NCBI GenBank assembly: GCA_035510735.1
Contig: DATKGN010000013.1
Span: 128,596-192,595, forward strand
Length of the DNA: 64,000 nt
Direction of reading: 5' to 3'
From: Patescibacteria group bacterium
GTDB lineage: Bacteria > Patescibacteriota > Microgenomatia > UBA10105 > UBA927
Shown here: positions 28,265-37,561 of the stretch, in pieces
How the letters are laid out: every line of letters starts with the position of its first letter
Position numbering within the stretch: the stretch's first letter is position 1
The notes under the pieces: model-generated
Databases searched by the model: none
Told to the model about the DNA's origin: nothing
What the model saw: the letters and a program-made list of their open reading frames with translations, nothing else
Position numbers and translations under genes: made by a program

Positions 28265-29152
28265 ATGAAAACGATCCCCATCGAATATCCGACTGATTGG
28301 ACTGATTATGAGCTTCTGGATTCGGGCGGCGGAGAAAAATTGGAGCGATTCGGTGATTATATGCTTGTTAGGCCCGATCCAAGAGCACTTTGGCAAAAAA
28401 ATCTAGAAGAGAAAATTTGGAATAATGCTGACGCCACCTATCACCGGACCGACCCGAAAACTGGCATGTGGACAACCAAAAAAACTGCTCCGAATTCCTG
28501 GAAAGTCATTTATCATGATATGACCTTCGGCCTACGCCCGACCGAATTTAAGCACGTCGGAGTATTTCCGGAACAAGCGGTCAACTGGAATTGGATTCAA
28601 CAACAAATTAATGGAAAACCTTTAAATGTTCTTAACCTCTTCGCCTATACTGGTGGAGCGACAATGGCCGCGGCCTCTGCCGGCGCCAAAGTTACTCACC
28701 TTGACGCAGTCAAAAGCACGATCACCTGGGCGCATGAAAACATCAGAGAATCGGGACTTGATAATAAACCAATCCGCTGGATAGAAGACGACGCCTATAA
28801 GTTTGTTAGCCGCGAAGCCAAGCGCGGAAATACCTATGACGGAATAATTATGGATCCGCCCAAATTCGGACGGGGCTTAAAAGGCGAGGTTTGGAAACTG
28901 GAAGATGACTTACCCAAGCTCCTTAACCTTTGTATACAAATTCTATCCACTAAACCGGTATTCGTCCTCGTTAATGCCTATACTGCTGATATTTCCTCAG
29001 TCGTCCTTTTCAACATGCTTAGCGGCTTAATGAAGGACGCTAATGGGAACACGACACACGGTGAATTGGCTTTGAAGGAATCAAAAACCGACAGACTCCT
29101 CCCGAACGGTATCTTCGTCCGCTGGTCCTCTACTTCTGCGCAACCACAATAA
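28265..29152 (+). CDS. Class I SAM-dependent RNA methyltransferase (RlmI/RlmK-like)
   Basis: LNLFAYTGG (SAM motif I) and DPPKF (motif IV) typical of rRNA m5C/m2G methyltransferases. Confidence 0.6.
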   Translation: MKTIPIEYPTDWTDYELLDSGGGEKLERFGDYMLVRPDPRALWQKNLEEKIWNNADATYHRTDPKTGMWTTKKTAPNSWKVIYHDMTFGLRPTEFKHVGVFPEQAVNWNWIQQQINGKPLNVLNLFAYTGGATMAAASAGAKVTHLDAVKSTITWAHENIRESGLDNKPIRWIEDDAYKFVSREAKRGNTYDGIIMDPPKFGRGLKGEVWKLEDDLPKLLNLCIQILSTKPVFVLVNAYTADISSVVLFNMLSGLMKDANGNTTHGELALKESKTDRLLPNGIFVRWSSTSAQPQ

Positions 29153-29894
29153 GCTTCGTGCTGAGCTGTTTAGAATACGGGCTAAAATCATAATCCCCGT
29201 AATAAAAAACGTTGCGGAATAACGTCTGCCCGAAGCAGCGCTCAAGAACAGCTTTTCGCATGGCGTTATATGTCACGGATGTAAATGTATGTTCCATTGA
29301 ATCTTCCGTCTTCTTCACATATAAGATGTGAAAAGTAAACTCCTTTTCATTCGGGTATTCGACGACGAAATAAAACCCCTCATTCTCAAGCGTCCTGGCT
29401 GGGATAAATTTCGGCTTCGAGTCGAGGAGCGCGTCGGTTATCCCGTTCGTTATAACCAAAATTCCGTTATCGCTTAACCGGTCATATATGGAGCTTAGCG
29501 CCCGGACGACATCTTCATCGGTCTTCATGTGAGGCAGGCTGGTCGTCAGACATCCGATCATGTCAAATGTATCACCCCAACTATGATCAAGAGTACGGAA
29601 ATCTTCCACCTTGAGGGGTATATACTTTCCTTCCAGATTTTTCTTTGCCATTGCAAGCATCTCCGGTGATATATCCGATCCGAAAGAGGTAAGCCCCATA
29701 TCATGAAACATCGAAAGGTGCCATCCAGTACCACATGCGCAATCTAAAACCCGGCTTACTGAATAATCTCCGACAAGTTTTTCGAAGAAGGATTTTTGGG
29801 CAAAAATTTCCTCTTTGGGATTGAGGATATCGTACACGTCAGCAAGAATTTTATATTCGTCCATAGGGGCAGAACGTTTTTTACTCAACGTCAC
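29130..29894 (-). CDS. Class I SAM-dependent methyltransferase
   Basis: VLDCACGTG motif I and acidic motif II (SDIS). Confidence 0.7.
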   Translation of the reverse strand: MTLSKKRSAPMDEYKILADVYDILNPKEEIFAQKSFFEKLVGDYSVSRVLDCACGTGWHLSMFHDMGLTSFGSDISPEMLAMAKKNLEGKYIPLKVEDFRTLDHSWGDTFDMIGCLTTSLPHMKTDEDVVRALSSIYDRLSDNGILVITNGITDALLDSKPKFIPARTLENEGFYFVVEYPNEKEFTFHILYVKKTEDSMEHTFTSVTYNAMRKAVLERCFGQTLFRNVFYYGDYDFSPYSKQLSTKLIVVAQK

Positions 29895-30147
29895 CGTTCT
29901 CTTTAATTTTTTCGTCTTCGTACGGCCCGACTACGTGCCTGTATAATTCCTGTGTTACCGCTGATAATACGCCCAACGCGCGGTTCAGGTGGCGGTATCT
30001 TTTGGGGTATATGTGTTTTATCATCCGCGTTATCGTATAGTTTAGGGCTCCGTCCTGTTCCTCAAACGGGAGGCTGGCCAAATGTTTGATGACGGGGTCC
30101 ATTTCGCGGTCAAGAACGGGTCTTTGATCTTTGGGTATGTACGGCAT
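29881..30147 (-). CDS. Hypothetical protein (88 aa)
   Basis: Overlaps the downstream methyltransferase gene by 14 bp, so likely co-transcribed. A 13-bp-arm palindrome lies just upstream. Confidence 0.45.
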   Translation of the reverse strand: MPYIPKDQRPVLDREMDPVIKHLASLPFEEQDGALNYTITRMIKHIYPKRYRHLNRALGVLSAVTQELYRHVVGPYEDEKIKENGDVE

Positions 30148-30174
30148 ATATATCCATCTTACTCAGATTTGTCC

Positions 30175-30211
30175 TATATGTCATGCTACATACTTACGTA
30201 GCATAGACATA
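30175..30211. promoter_or_regulatory. Near-perfect inverted repeat (candidate operator) upstream of the 88-aa gene
   Basis: TATGTCATGCTAC-atacttac-GTAGCATaGACATA at 30-65 bp upstream of the start codon at 30147. Confidence 0.4.
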
Positions 30212-30327
30212 AGGATCCTACATATTATTTATACGGACAACTTTCAGTGAAAAATCTGATTAGATGGGTTTATACTCAAAAACTATCGCTCAAACCTGAG
30301 TTTTTGTAGTATATCTCTACTTTAACA

Positions 30328-31206
30328 CTATTTCGTGCCTTTTCCCATAATCTTGATGACCTCGGAAAAGTCGGCGTCAGCTAATCCTTGATCCATAGCG
30401 GTATCATAAAATTTCCGTACACGGTCAAATATCGGTAAAGTAACTAATTGTTTCTTTAACTCAACGGCCGCTAAATTTACATCTTTATCCATATTGCTCA
30501 TAGAAAATAAGAGCGGATAGGTATCGGAAACAAAATTCGGCGCCTTCAAGGTCATCATAGGTGACATAGCCGGAACCGATCTCAATGTTTCTTCAACTTT
30601 CTTCCTCGGCAGTCCCACCGCGTCCGCAAGGAACATCCCCTCAGCAAGGGACGCGATGGTTGCGGCGATAAGGTAATTATTGATAAGTTTTACTGCCTGG
30701 CCGCTGCCCATAGCTCCAACATAATTCAAATTTGTGCCCATTGCTTCAAATACTTCGCGAACGCGCTCGTAATCTCGCTTTTTTCCACCGATGAATATAG
30801 TCAATTCGCCGGTAATTGCCTTCGGAGTACTACCGGTAACCGGTGCATCTAAAAATGAAACTTTGCTAACGGCGAGTTTCTTACTAATTAGTCTTGCCGC
30901 CGAAGGCCCGATAGTTTCCATATCAATAACCGTTAATCCCTCGTGTTTACCTTCAACGACTCCGTCTTTACCAAATAACACGCTGTTCACATCTTTCGGG
31001 CCGGTTACCATAGTAATAACGACATCGCTCATCCCGGCAAGTTCTTTCGGCGTTTTGGTAACATTTGCTCCTAGTTTTTTTAATTCCTTAGTTTTTGAAA
31101 ATGTCCTGTTATAGATAGTCAATGGGAATCCCCTTTTTAGGATATTTTTTGCCATCGGATTACCCATGAGACCAAGTCCGATAAATCCGACACGTAATTT
31201 TTTCAT
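30328..31206 (-). CDS. NAD(P)-dependent oxidoreductase, 3-hydroxyisobutyrate/6-phosphogluconate dehydrogenase family
   Basis: N-terminal GFIGLGLMG Rossmann motif and HIBADH-type catalytic region. Confidence 0.8.
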   Translation of the reverse strand: MKKLRVGFIGLGLMGNPMAKNILKRGFPLTIYNRTFSKTKELKKLGANVTKTPKELAGMSDVVITMVTGPKDVNSVLFGKDGVVEGKHEGLTVIDMETIGPSAARLISKKLAVSKVSFLDAPVTGSTPKAITGELTIFIGGKKRDYERVREVFEAMGTNLNYVGAMGSGQAVKLINNYLIAATIASLAEGMFLADAVGLPRKKVEETLRSVPAMSPMMTLKAPNFVSDTYPLLFSMSNMDKDVNLAAVELKKQLVTLPIFDRVRKFYDTAMDQGLADADFSEVIKIMGKGTK

Positions 31207-32033
31207 ATGATAAATTTTTCCCTGTTTCGTATTTCCCCGATTATGTGCTTAATGATAGAACGATATGAGTATGTTGGCAAATGGAACGATGTAAGAATTG
31301 ACATATCTCCAGTCTGCGGTTTCGTCGTATCGTGGAGATCCGCAGGAGTCGCGGTAATACCGAACGGATTAAGAATATCCGCCGCCACGTCATACCGGGA
31401 TTTCAACTCGGGCACTGCAACAGGTATTGTTTGATTCCAAATTCCCAGCTTTATGACCTGAAGGATGACTTCACTTATGTGACCAATATATGTCGGCTGA
31501 AATTTCCATGACGTATCGTAAACTGCAGGCGTTCGAGCATCGAGATTCTTGAGTATCCGGTTAAACGGCCGGTCATTCGTAGCATTCGGACTGAATCCCA
31601 AAACAAGAGATGATCGAAGAATCACAAAGTTTTTGGAACTTTGTTTGACGATTCGTTCCGACTCATATTTTGTTTTACCATACACATTTGACCGGTCCAG
31701 CGCCGATAAGGAGGAGATATATATTACTTTAGCGCCAATTCTATTGGCTTCGCGGACTATACGTTCCGTTGATCTTTGGTTTAGAGTAACTGCCTCAACA
31801 GGATGCGCATCACACCATTTTGCGCTTGCGTTATTTGCCGCGTGGATAATAATGTCGGCAGCATTTTGTTTAACAACATTTACGATTTCCTCAGGATCAG
31901 TTACATCGAGATGTATAAATTTCCCGGAAAGCCAGGTCGATGAGTAGGTACCAATGACATCAAACCGTTTTGACAAATCAAAAAATAGTCTAGCTCCGAG
32001 ATAACTGCTGGCTCCGGTTAATAATAGCTTCAT
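31203..32033 (-). CDS. NAD-dependent epimerase/dehydratase family protein (RmlD-like reductase)
   Basis: TGASSYLG Rossmann motif and YGKTK (YxxxK) catalytic motif; overlaps the previous gene by 4 bp. Confidence 0.65.
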   Translation of the reverse strand: MKLLLTGASSYLGARLFFDLSKRFDVIGTYSSTWLSGKFIHLDVTDPEEIVNVVKQNAADIIIHAANNASAKWCDAHPVEAVTLNQRSTERIVREANRIGAKVIYISSLSALDRSNVYGKTKYESERIVKQSSKNFVILRSSLVLGFSPNATNDRPFNRILKNLDARTPAVYDTSWKFQPTYIGHISEVILQVIKLGIWNQTIPVAVPELKSRYDVAADILNPFGITATPADLHDTTKPQTGDMSILTSFHLPTYSYRSIIKHIIGEIRNREKFII

Positions 32034-32086
32034 ATACTATATGTAACTGAATTATTAAGAAGAAATAATTCCGACTGTAAGCAATA

Positions 32087-32473
32087 TCAACGTGACTTTT
32101 CCAATAACTCCTTTAACGGTCCAAGATAATATCGCTTCCAACCATCATCGATATTATCCAATTCATCATCAGGAATATCAGTTTGAATGAGTTCTAATTG
32201 CGTCGTATCTGGGGAAACTTCTTTTAATACGAATTTTAATTTCGACGGACTCGCCCACTTTCCGCCGAACCAGTCCTGCTGAAGGATCTTATTCTTTATG
32301 ACCTTCGTATTTGTTCCGCGGATATCACCTCTCCATAACGAAAATTTCGTTCCGACTTTTTCATCCATAGTCGCCGGTCCTCCACCCCATTTCGTAATTA
32401 TTTTCGGGTCAACTAAGGCATTCCATACTTTTTCTGCGGATGCGCGGATTTTATATATTTGCGTTAGTGATTT
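32087..32473 (-). CDS. SRPBCC / AHSA1 (activator of Hsp90 ATPase homolog-like) domain protein
   Basis: Start chosen at MKSLTQIYKIRASAEKVWNAL, a typical AHSA1/START N-terminus. Confidence 0.6.
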   Translation of the reverse strand, partial: KSLTQIYKIRASAEKVWNALVDPKIITKWGGGPATMDEKVGTKFSLWRGDIRGTNTKVIKNKILQQDWFGGKWASPSKLKFVLKEVSPDTTQLELIQTDIPDDELDNIDDGWKRYYLGPLKELLEKSR

Positions 32474-32490
32474 CATAACAACAGTATATC

Positions 32491-33123
32491 CTATGAGCGA
32501 TTGACAATCTTTCCGAGTTTGTTTAATACGCGGATCCACCTTGTTTTCATTTCTTCCCTCTCATTTTCTCCAGGTAATCCTTCTTGATGGAATGCGATAG
32601 TTACAGAATCGCCCTGCGGAATAATCCGTATCTGAATAGTTGAGGGTTTTTTCCATCCCTTTGGCTGCCACGTGAGACGGATGTGGCTCCCTTTCTCCAT
32701 GACACGAACCTCTCCCGTTGTCCCATCATCCGTAATATAAGATTCCTTAACACATAAGACGGGTTTCGATGTATGACCAAGCCAAATTTGACTAGCCTCC
32801 TTTGAAGTTATTAAGCTCCACGCTATATTTGGGCTTATATCAAAAATCCCTTGAACGCCTACCTGAAAATCAGTCCCGGCCGTTTGGCCAACGACGCGTC
32901 TGCCGCTCATCTTTTCATACGAGTTTGTGACCATTTGATCCCACCATGAGCCTAAATGATATTTGGCATGTAGATACGCGACAATTTCCTTATGGGTTTT
33001 TCCGGTCATTCCTGCTTTATCCAGATATATTTTCCAATCTTCCCAGGTTTTACCGGTTTTTGCCTTAACTGCGTCGCTGGAAATGGTAACAGAAGTGCTA
33101 TCCATATCTACATCATAAAACAT
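32491..33123 (-). CDS. DUF4287 plus SRPBCC-like two-domain protein
   Basis: N-terminal KTGKTWEDW...HKEIVAYLHAKY...GSWW matches the DUF4287 pattern; the C-terminal half resembles an AHSA1-like fold. Confidence 0.5.
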   Translation of the reverse strand: MFYDVDMDSTSVTISSDAVKAKTGKTWEDWKIYLDKAGMTGKTHKEIVAYLHAKYHLGSWWDQMVTNSYEKMSGRRVVGQTAGTDFQVGVQGIFDISPNIAWSLITSKEASQIWLGHTSKPVLCVKESYITDDGTTGEVRVMEKGSHIRLTWQPKGWKKPSTIQIRIIPQGDSVTIAFHQEGLPGENEREEMKTRWIRVLNKLGKIVNRS

Positions 33124-33191
33124 TACGAACTATTTGTTAAATAAATTACGAATAATAAATTTATGCGCTCGTAGGTGTATAATTTTAAATC

Positions 33192-33743
33192 ATGTTGTCT
33201 CCAAGGAGTACTATGTTTGTTTTAGGCGGCATATGTACCGCACTCGTTCTCATTATCTTATATCATTCATTATCAGTAAAAGGTACGGTTCTGGGTGATC
33301 AGACTGTGCCACTCACTGATGCAAAAGGCAATTCTATCGTTCTTGATTTTAACTCTCCAACACCCACGTTCACACCTACCCCTACGCCGACGCCGACAAA
33401 TACTCCCACACCCACGCCCAAGCCGACTCCCACCCCTACACCATATCCCGCTTCATCAGCGGATCTCGATCGATGGTTTACTGAATCCGCCAATCACTAC
33501 AGCGTCGACAGGTCACTGCTCTTTAAAATTGCTGCGTGCGAGACTGGTTTGCGCTCCAATGCAGTTAACTGGATTTACGGAGGGATGTTCCAATTTTCGC
33601 CGAATACATGGGTCGCAAACCGCAGACTTATGAACATGGATCCGAACCCCGACCTACGATTTAACCCCGAAGAAGCGATAAGGACAGCAGCATTTGTTCT
33701 CTCAACCCGCGGCGCTAACGCGTGGCCGCACTGTAGCCATTAA
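33192..33743 (+). CDS. Secreted transglycosylase-like (Rpf/IsaA-type) domain protein with Pro/Thr linker
   Basis: TM anchor, a (TP)n linker, then IAACETG...YGGMFQFSPNTW resembling the transglycosylase-like domain catalytic region. Confidence 0.55.
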   Translation: MLSPRSTMFVLGGICTALVLIILYHSLSVKGTVLGDQTVPLTDAKGNSIVLDFNSPTPTFTPTPTPTPTNTPTPTPKPTPTPTPYPASSADLDRWFTESANHYSVDRSLLFKIAACETGLRSNAVNWIYGGMFQFSPNTWVANRRLMNMDPNPDLRFNPEEAIRTAAFVLSTRGANAWPHCSH

Positions 33744-34462
33744 ACTTTTTTTCCCATCCAATCATGGGCAAAAATTTCTGCTTTTCCTGTTTCTATGGCT
33801 TCAACGATACACTCAGCTATCAGTTCAGGCGGATCAATTTTCGGCATGTCGCCGCCACCTTCCCACTCCATTGCTGGCCCACTTTGCATGGTATTTTTTT
33901 CAAAATCGGTTGCAGTCATTGTCGGATAAACCACACTCACGCGAATAGTATCTTTTGATAATTCTTCTCGGGCTGTTAACGAAATTCCGACGAGCGCCCG
34001 CTTCAGCGAAGAATATGCTCCCATATGCGGGAACGCCATAAGAGCAGTTCCGCTACTTATATTTACAATCGCGCCCTCTTTTTGTTTCCGCATAATCGGA
34101 ATCACTTCCTGCATTGCGATAACAGGGCCCACGAGATTCAAATCAAATATCTCATGGAATTTATCTATTTCTATAGACTCTATGGCCGCGTCATACCCGC
34201 GACCGGCATTATTGACAATAATATCAATTCTACTGAAGTGTTTGTATGCACTTGCCACCATTTTTCTTACCTCTTTCTCTTTTGCCATGTCAGTAACAAT
34301 GACGAAAGATCCCGAAAGTTTTTTGGATAACGCATCAAGTTTCACTTTAGATCGTGCTACCAAAACCACCTTCGCGCCTTTTTGAGTAAGAAGGGTCGCC
34401 GCCGCCAGACCAATACCTGAAGATGCACCCGTTACAATTGCAACTTTGTTTTGTATATTCAT
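33740..34462 (-). CDS. SDR family short-chain dehydrogenase/reductase
   Basis: TGASSGIG cofactor motif, NNAG and YxxxK (YSSLK). Confidence 0.85.
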   Translation of the reverse strand: MNIQNKVAIVTGASSGIGLAAATLLTQKGAKVVLVARSKVKLDALSKKLSGSFVIVTDMAKEKEVRKMVASAYKHFSRIDIIVNNAGRGYDAAIESIEIDKFHEIFDLNLVGPVIAMQEVIPIMRKQKEGAIVNISSGTALMAFPHMGAYSSLKRALVGISLTAREELSKDTIRVSVVYPTMTATDFEKNTMQSGPAMEWEGGGDMPKIDPPELIAECIVEAIETGKAEIFAHDWMGKKV

Positions 34463-34610
34463 ACAAACCATTATATCAAAAAGACTGAAATATACCTGAA
34501 GTCGTATATATATATACTCTTCTTACTGATTCGTCAGTTAGCGAATCAGTCTAGAAGAAGTTATACCCGTAACAATTCCGATTATGGAAGGTATAATATA
34601 AGGGATATCC

Positions 34611-35273
34611 ATGAAACGTGCTATTTTCATAGGTTTGTTTATTTTTCTCGGAACACTCCTCGGGATTGCGACAAAAAATCCAACGGTTATGCAGATGAAT
34701 CTTGCCATTACGAAGAACCTCCAATCAATTCAACCCCGCTGGTTTATTGATTTAAATATTTTAGTCACACTATTTGAATACAGTATGGTTATATTGATCG
34801 CCCCATTATGTTGTTATTTATGGATAACGAAACGCCGTCGGGAAGCGTTTTTTATCGCTCTTGCGGGTCTCTCATGGTTTGTCACACGCATACTCAAGAC
34901 GACATTCGGAATTCCATGCCCGACTCCTCAGGAAGTCCACTATCTCTATCCGTTTCATCTACTCTCTTCTCTCCTCCATAGAGCTACAAACGGAATCGCG
35001 GTTCTTGATGCATCTGTCTGTTATCCCTCCGGTCATGTATATGATTACATATCTCTGTGGGGCATAATTTACATTTTAAGAGATAAAATATGGAAAACGC
35101 GGTGGTGGAGAAATTTTGTCGCTGCACTTTGTATAATCCTTATTTCTCTTATAGGGATCGCGAGGATTTCGCTCGGTGACCACTGGTTCACGGATGTCGT
35201 CGGCGGCTATCTTTTTGGCTTTGCGTGGTTGATGTCACTGGCATATTTCTATTCACACAGACAAAAGGTATAA
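34611..35273 (+). CDS. PAP2 family (type 2 phosphatidic acid phosphatase-like) membrane phosphatase
   Basis: PSGH and SLGDHWFTDVVGG motifs (PAP2 motifs II and III) plus several TM helices. Confidence 0.7.
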   Translation: MKRAIFIGLFIFLGTLLGIATKNPTVMQMNLAITKNLQSIQPRWFIDLNILVTLFEYSMVILIAPLCCYLWITKRRREAFFIALAGLSWFVTRILKTTFGIPCPTPQEVHYLYPFHLLSSLLHRATNGIAVLDASVCYPSGHVYDYISLWGIIYILRDKIWKTRWWRNFVAALCIILISLIGIARISLGDHWFTDVVGGYLFGFAWLMSLAYFYSHRQKV

Positions 35274-35309
35274 TGCGACGATTGTTAGATATGGTACAAT
35301 CCTAACCAT

Positions 35310-35963
35310 ATGTTCGCCGTAAAAAAATTCGACCTGTTGATTTCCTTTTATATCGTCTGTATTGCCATTTCGGAACTGATGGGAGGAAAAACATTTCCCC
35401 TGCCAGCTCTATTTGGCTACCAACTCAACGCGAGCGTCGCAATTCTCGTCGTCCCGCTTGTCTATGCTATAAATGATGTTATCACTGAGGTGTACGGAAA
35501 ATCCCGCGCAAGAAGTGTTGTCCGGTCTGGGTTATGTATTGTCTTTTTTATTTTGCTTTTCTCACTTATCGCAACAAAGCTTCCACCGTCAACAAGGTTT
35601 AAAAGTACAGAATCCGCGTATGAAACAATTTTCGGATTGTCGGCACGCATTTCCGCAGCAAGTCTCACAGCATTCGCTCTAGGAGAATTTTTGGATGTGC
35701 TCCTGTTTGCGAAACTTCGGCAATCGTTCGGCAAAAAATATTTGTGGCTTCGGACGAACGTTTCTAATTTCATCTCCCAGTTTATTGATACGTTTGTATT
35801 TATGACACTCGCATTTTACGCGTTTGATAAACCGCTCAATAATAATGCCATGTTTCTCTGGAGTATCATACTGCCCTATTGGCTTCTTAAGTGCTTTATG
35901 TCTATAATCGAAACGCCTTTCGTCTATGTAGGCGTCAGGTGGTTAAAAAACGAAAAGGAATAA
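35310..35963 (+). CDS. yhhQ: Queuosine precursor transporter (YhhQ / Vut family, DUF165)
   Basis: VUT-family signature region PLVYAINDVITEVYG and 6 TM helices. Confidence 0.7.
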   Translation: MFAVKKFDLLISFYIVCIAISELMGGKTFPLPALFGYQLNASVAILVVPLVYAINDVITEVYGKSRARSVVRSGLCIVFFILLFSLIATKLPPSTRFKSTESAYETIFGLSARISAASLTAFALGEFLDVLLFAKLRQSFGKKYLWLRTNVSNFISQFIDTFVFMTLAFYAFDKPLNNNAMFLWSIILPYWLLKCFMSIIETPFVYVGVRWLKNEKE

Positions 35964-36515
35964 ATGAAAGTAGTGCTCATAATGGTTTCTTCTGTTAACG
36001 GTAAGATTACCCGTGGTGATGATCCGGTTGTGCGGAAGTGGACATCGAAAGAAGATAATGAACTCTTTGATTCTCTTAAGAAGAAATATAATCTCATCGT
36101 GATGGGAAGAAAAACATTTGAAGCGGCGAAAAAGAATATCCCTGGAAAAGATAACACTCTGCGGGTCGTCTTAACGAGAAATCCTAAAAAATACCGTAAA
36201 CTATCCGTCCGAGGCAAATTGGAGTTTACAAGCTCAACTCCCAAAAGACTCGTGAGATCACTGGAATCCCGTGGATACTCGAACATGCTTCTGGTCGGCG
36301 GCGGGAAAATAAATTCCTTATTTTTAAAAGCGGGTCTCATTGATGAATTACATCTCACAATAGAACCCGTGCTATTCGGAGAAGGAAATAATCTCCTGGA
36401 CAACGACATGTCACATATACGGTTGAAGCTTGTATCTGTCGACATGTTAAATAATTCTGGTACCCAACACAATATCTACAGAATTCTGAAAAAACATGAA
36501 CATAAGAGCAATTAA
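35964..36515 (+). CDS. Dihydrofolate reductase family protein (RibD C-terminal domain-like)
   Basis: MVSSVNGKIT...LIVMGRKTFE...LLVGGG pattern of the RibD_C/DHFR fold. Confidence 0.7.
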   Translation: MKVVLIMVSSVNGKITRGDDPVVRKWTSKEDNELFDSLKKKYNLIVMGRKTFEAAKKNIPGKDNTLRVVLTRNPKKYRKLSVRGKLEFTSSTPKRLVRSLESRGYSNMLLVGGGKINSLFLKAGLIDELHLTIEPVLFGEGNNLLDNDMSHIRLKLVSVDMLNNSGTQHNIYRILKKHEHKSN

Positions 36516-37236
36516 AACAGGAAAAATAGTTCCGAATCACGAAAAACTCACAACTATTTTAGACAAATACATCTCCGATTTCAATGAACGATCGGTTCTC
36601 GTTATTACATCCAAAATTGTATCCATATGTGAGGGCAGAGTGATAAAAAAAGATAATAAGAAGAAAAACGATTTAATTCCTCAAGAAGCGGATTATTATG
36701 TTCCTCCATCGAAGAGTAAATACGATGTTACGCTTACGATAAAAAATAACCTGCTCATTCCCTCTGCGGGTATTGATGAGTCAAACGGTAACGGATATTT
36801 TATTCTCTGGCCCAAAAATCCACAGCGGACGGTTAACGAAATTCGTTCATACCTGGTAAAACGATTTAAATTAACCAAAGTAGGAGTTATTATTTCTGAT
36901 AGTAAAACGACACCGCTTCGCTGGGGTACGACAGGTACAGCACTGGTACATAGTGGATTTAGTGCACTCAATGACTATATCGGAAAACCTGATATTTTCG
37001 GAAGATTGCTAACGATGACGAAGGTAAATGTTATGGACGCGCTCGCAGGAGCTGCCGTTTTGGTAATGGGCGAAAGCAACGAACAGACACCTCTTGCCAT
37101 TATTACCGATACTCCGTTTGTTCAATTTCAAAAACGAAACCCGACGAAAAAGGAATTGAATAATCTTCATATCGATATGTCAGACGACGTGTATGCTCCT
37201 CTTCTGACTTCGGTAAAATGGGAAAAGAAAAGGTAA
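36496..37236 (+). CDS. CofE-like protein (F420-0:gamma-glutamyl ligase family)
   Basis: ITSKIVSICEGR...SAGIDESN pattern of CofE/FbiB N-domain; overlaps the DHFR-like gene by 20 bp. Confidence 0.65.
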   Translation: MNIRAIKTGKIVPNHEKLTTILDKYISDFNERSVLVITSKIVSICEGRVIKKDNKKKNDLIPQEADYYVPPSKSKYDVTLTIKNNLLIPSAGIDESNGNGYFILWPKNPQRTVNEIRSYLVKRFKLTKVGVIISDSKTTPLRWGTTGTALVHSGFSALNDYIGKPDIFGRLLTMTKVNVMDALAGAAVLVMGESNEQTPLAIITDTPFVQFQKRNPTKKELNNLHIDMSDDVYAPLLTSVKWEKKR

Positions 37237-37266
37237 ATTAATCGAATTTCGCGGAGAGGTGTATGT

Positions 37267-37546
37267 TTTGCCAGCACCGTCACGCGCAGGGAAAGATCCC
37301 ACTGTTCACGCGCTTTTGGTCGCTATAAAATTTAGATCCGGTCTTCAGTTCGCTCCCTTCGACTTCGCTCAGGGCAGGCACGGAATAGTTCGTTTACCCC
37401 GAGTTTATCGAGGGGCAAGTGAATCCGGACTAAATTTATAGACTCCCCGCGCAACGATTCCACCCCTGTTCAATCAACACCACCTCAAGCTTTGACGGAT
37501 GTCCCTGATCCTGAGATCCGGGATCTAAGGACGCACAAATTGCGCG
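37267..37546 (+). repeat. Copy 2 of the roughly 260-280 nt structured intergenic repeat
   Basis: Same conserved flanks as 26276-26533 in the same orientation, with a longer divergent core. Sits between convergent genes (CofE-like, and DsbD-thioredoxin). Confidence 0.6.
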
Positions 37547-37561
37547 CGAACAATGTATCAA

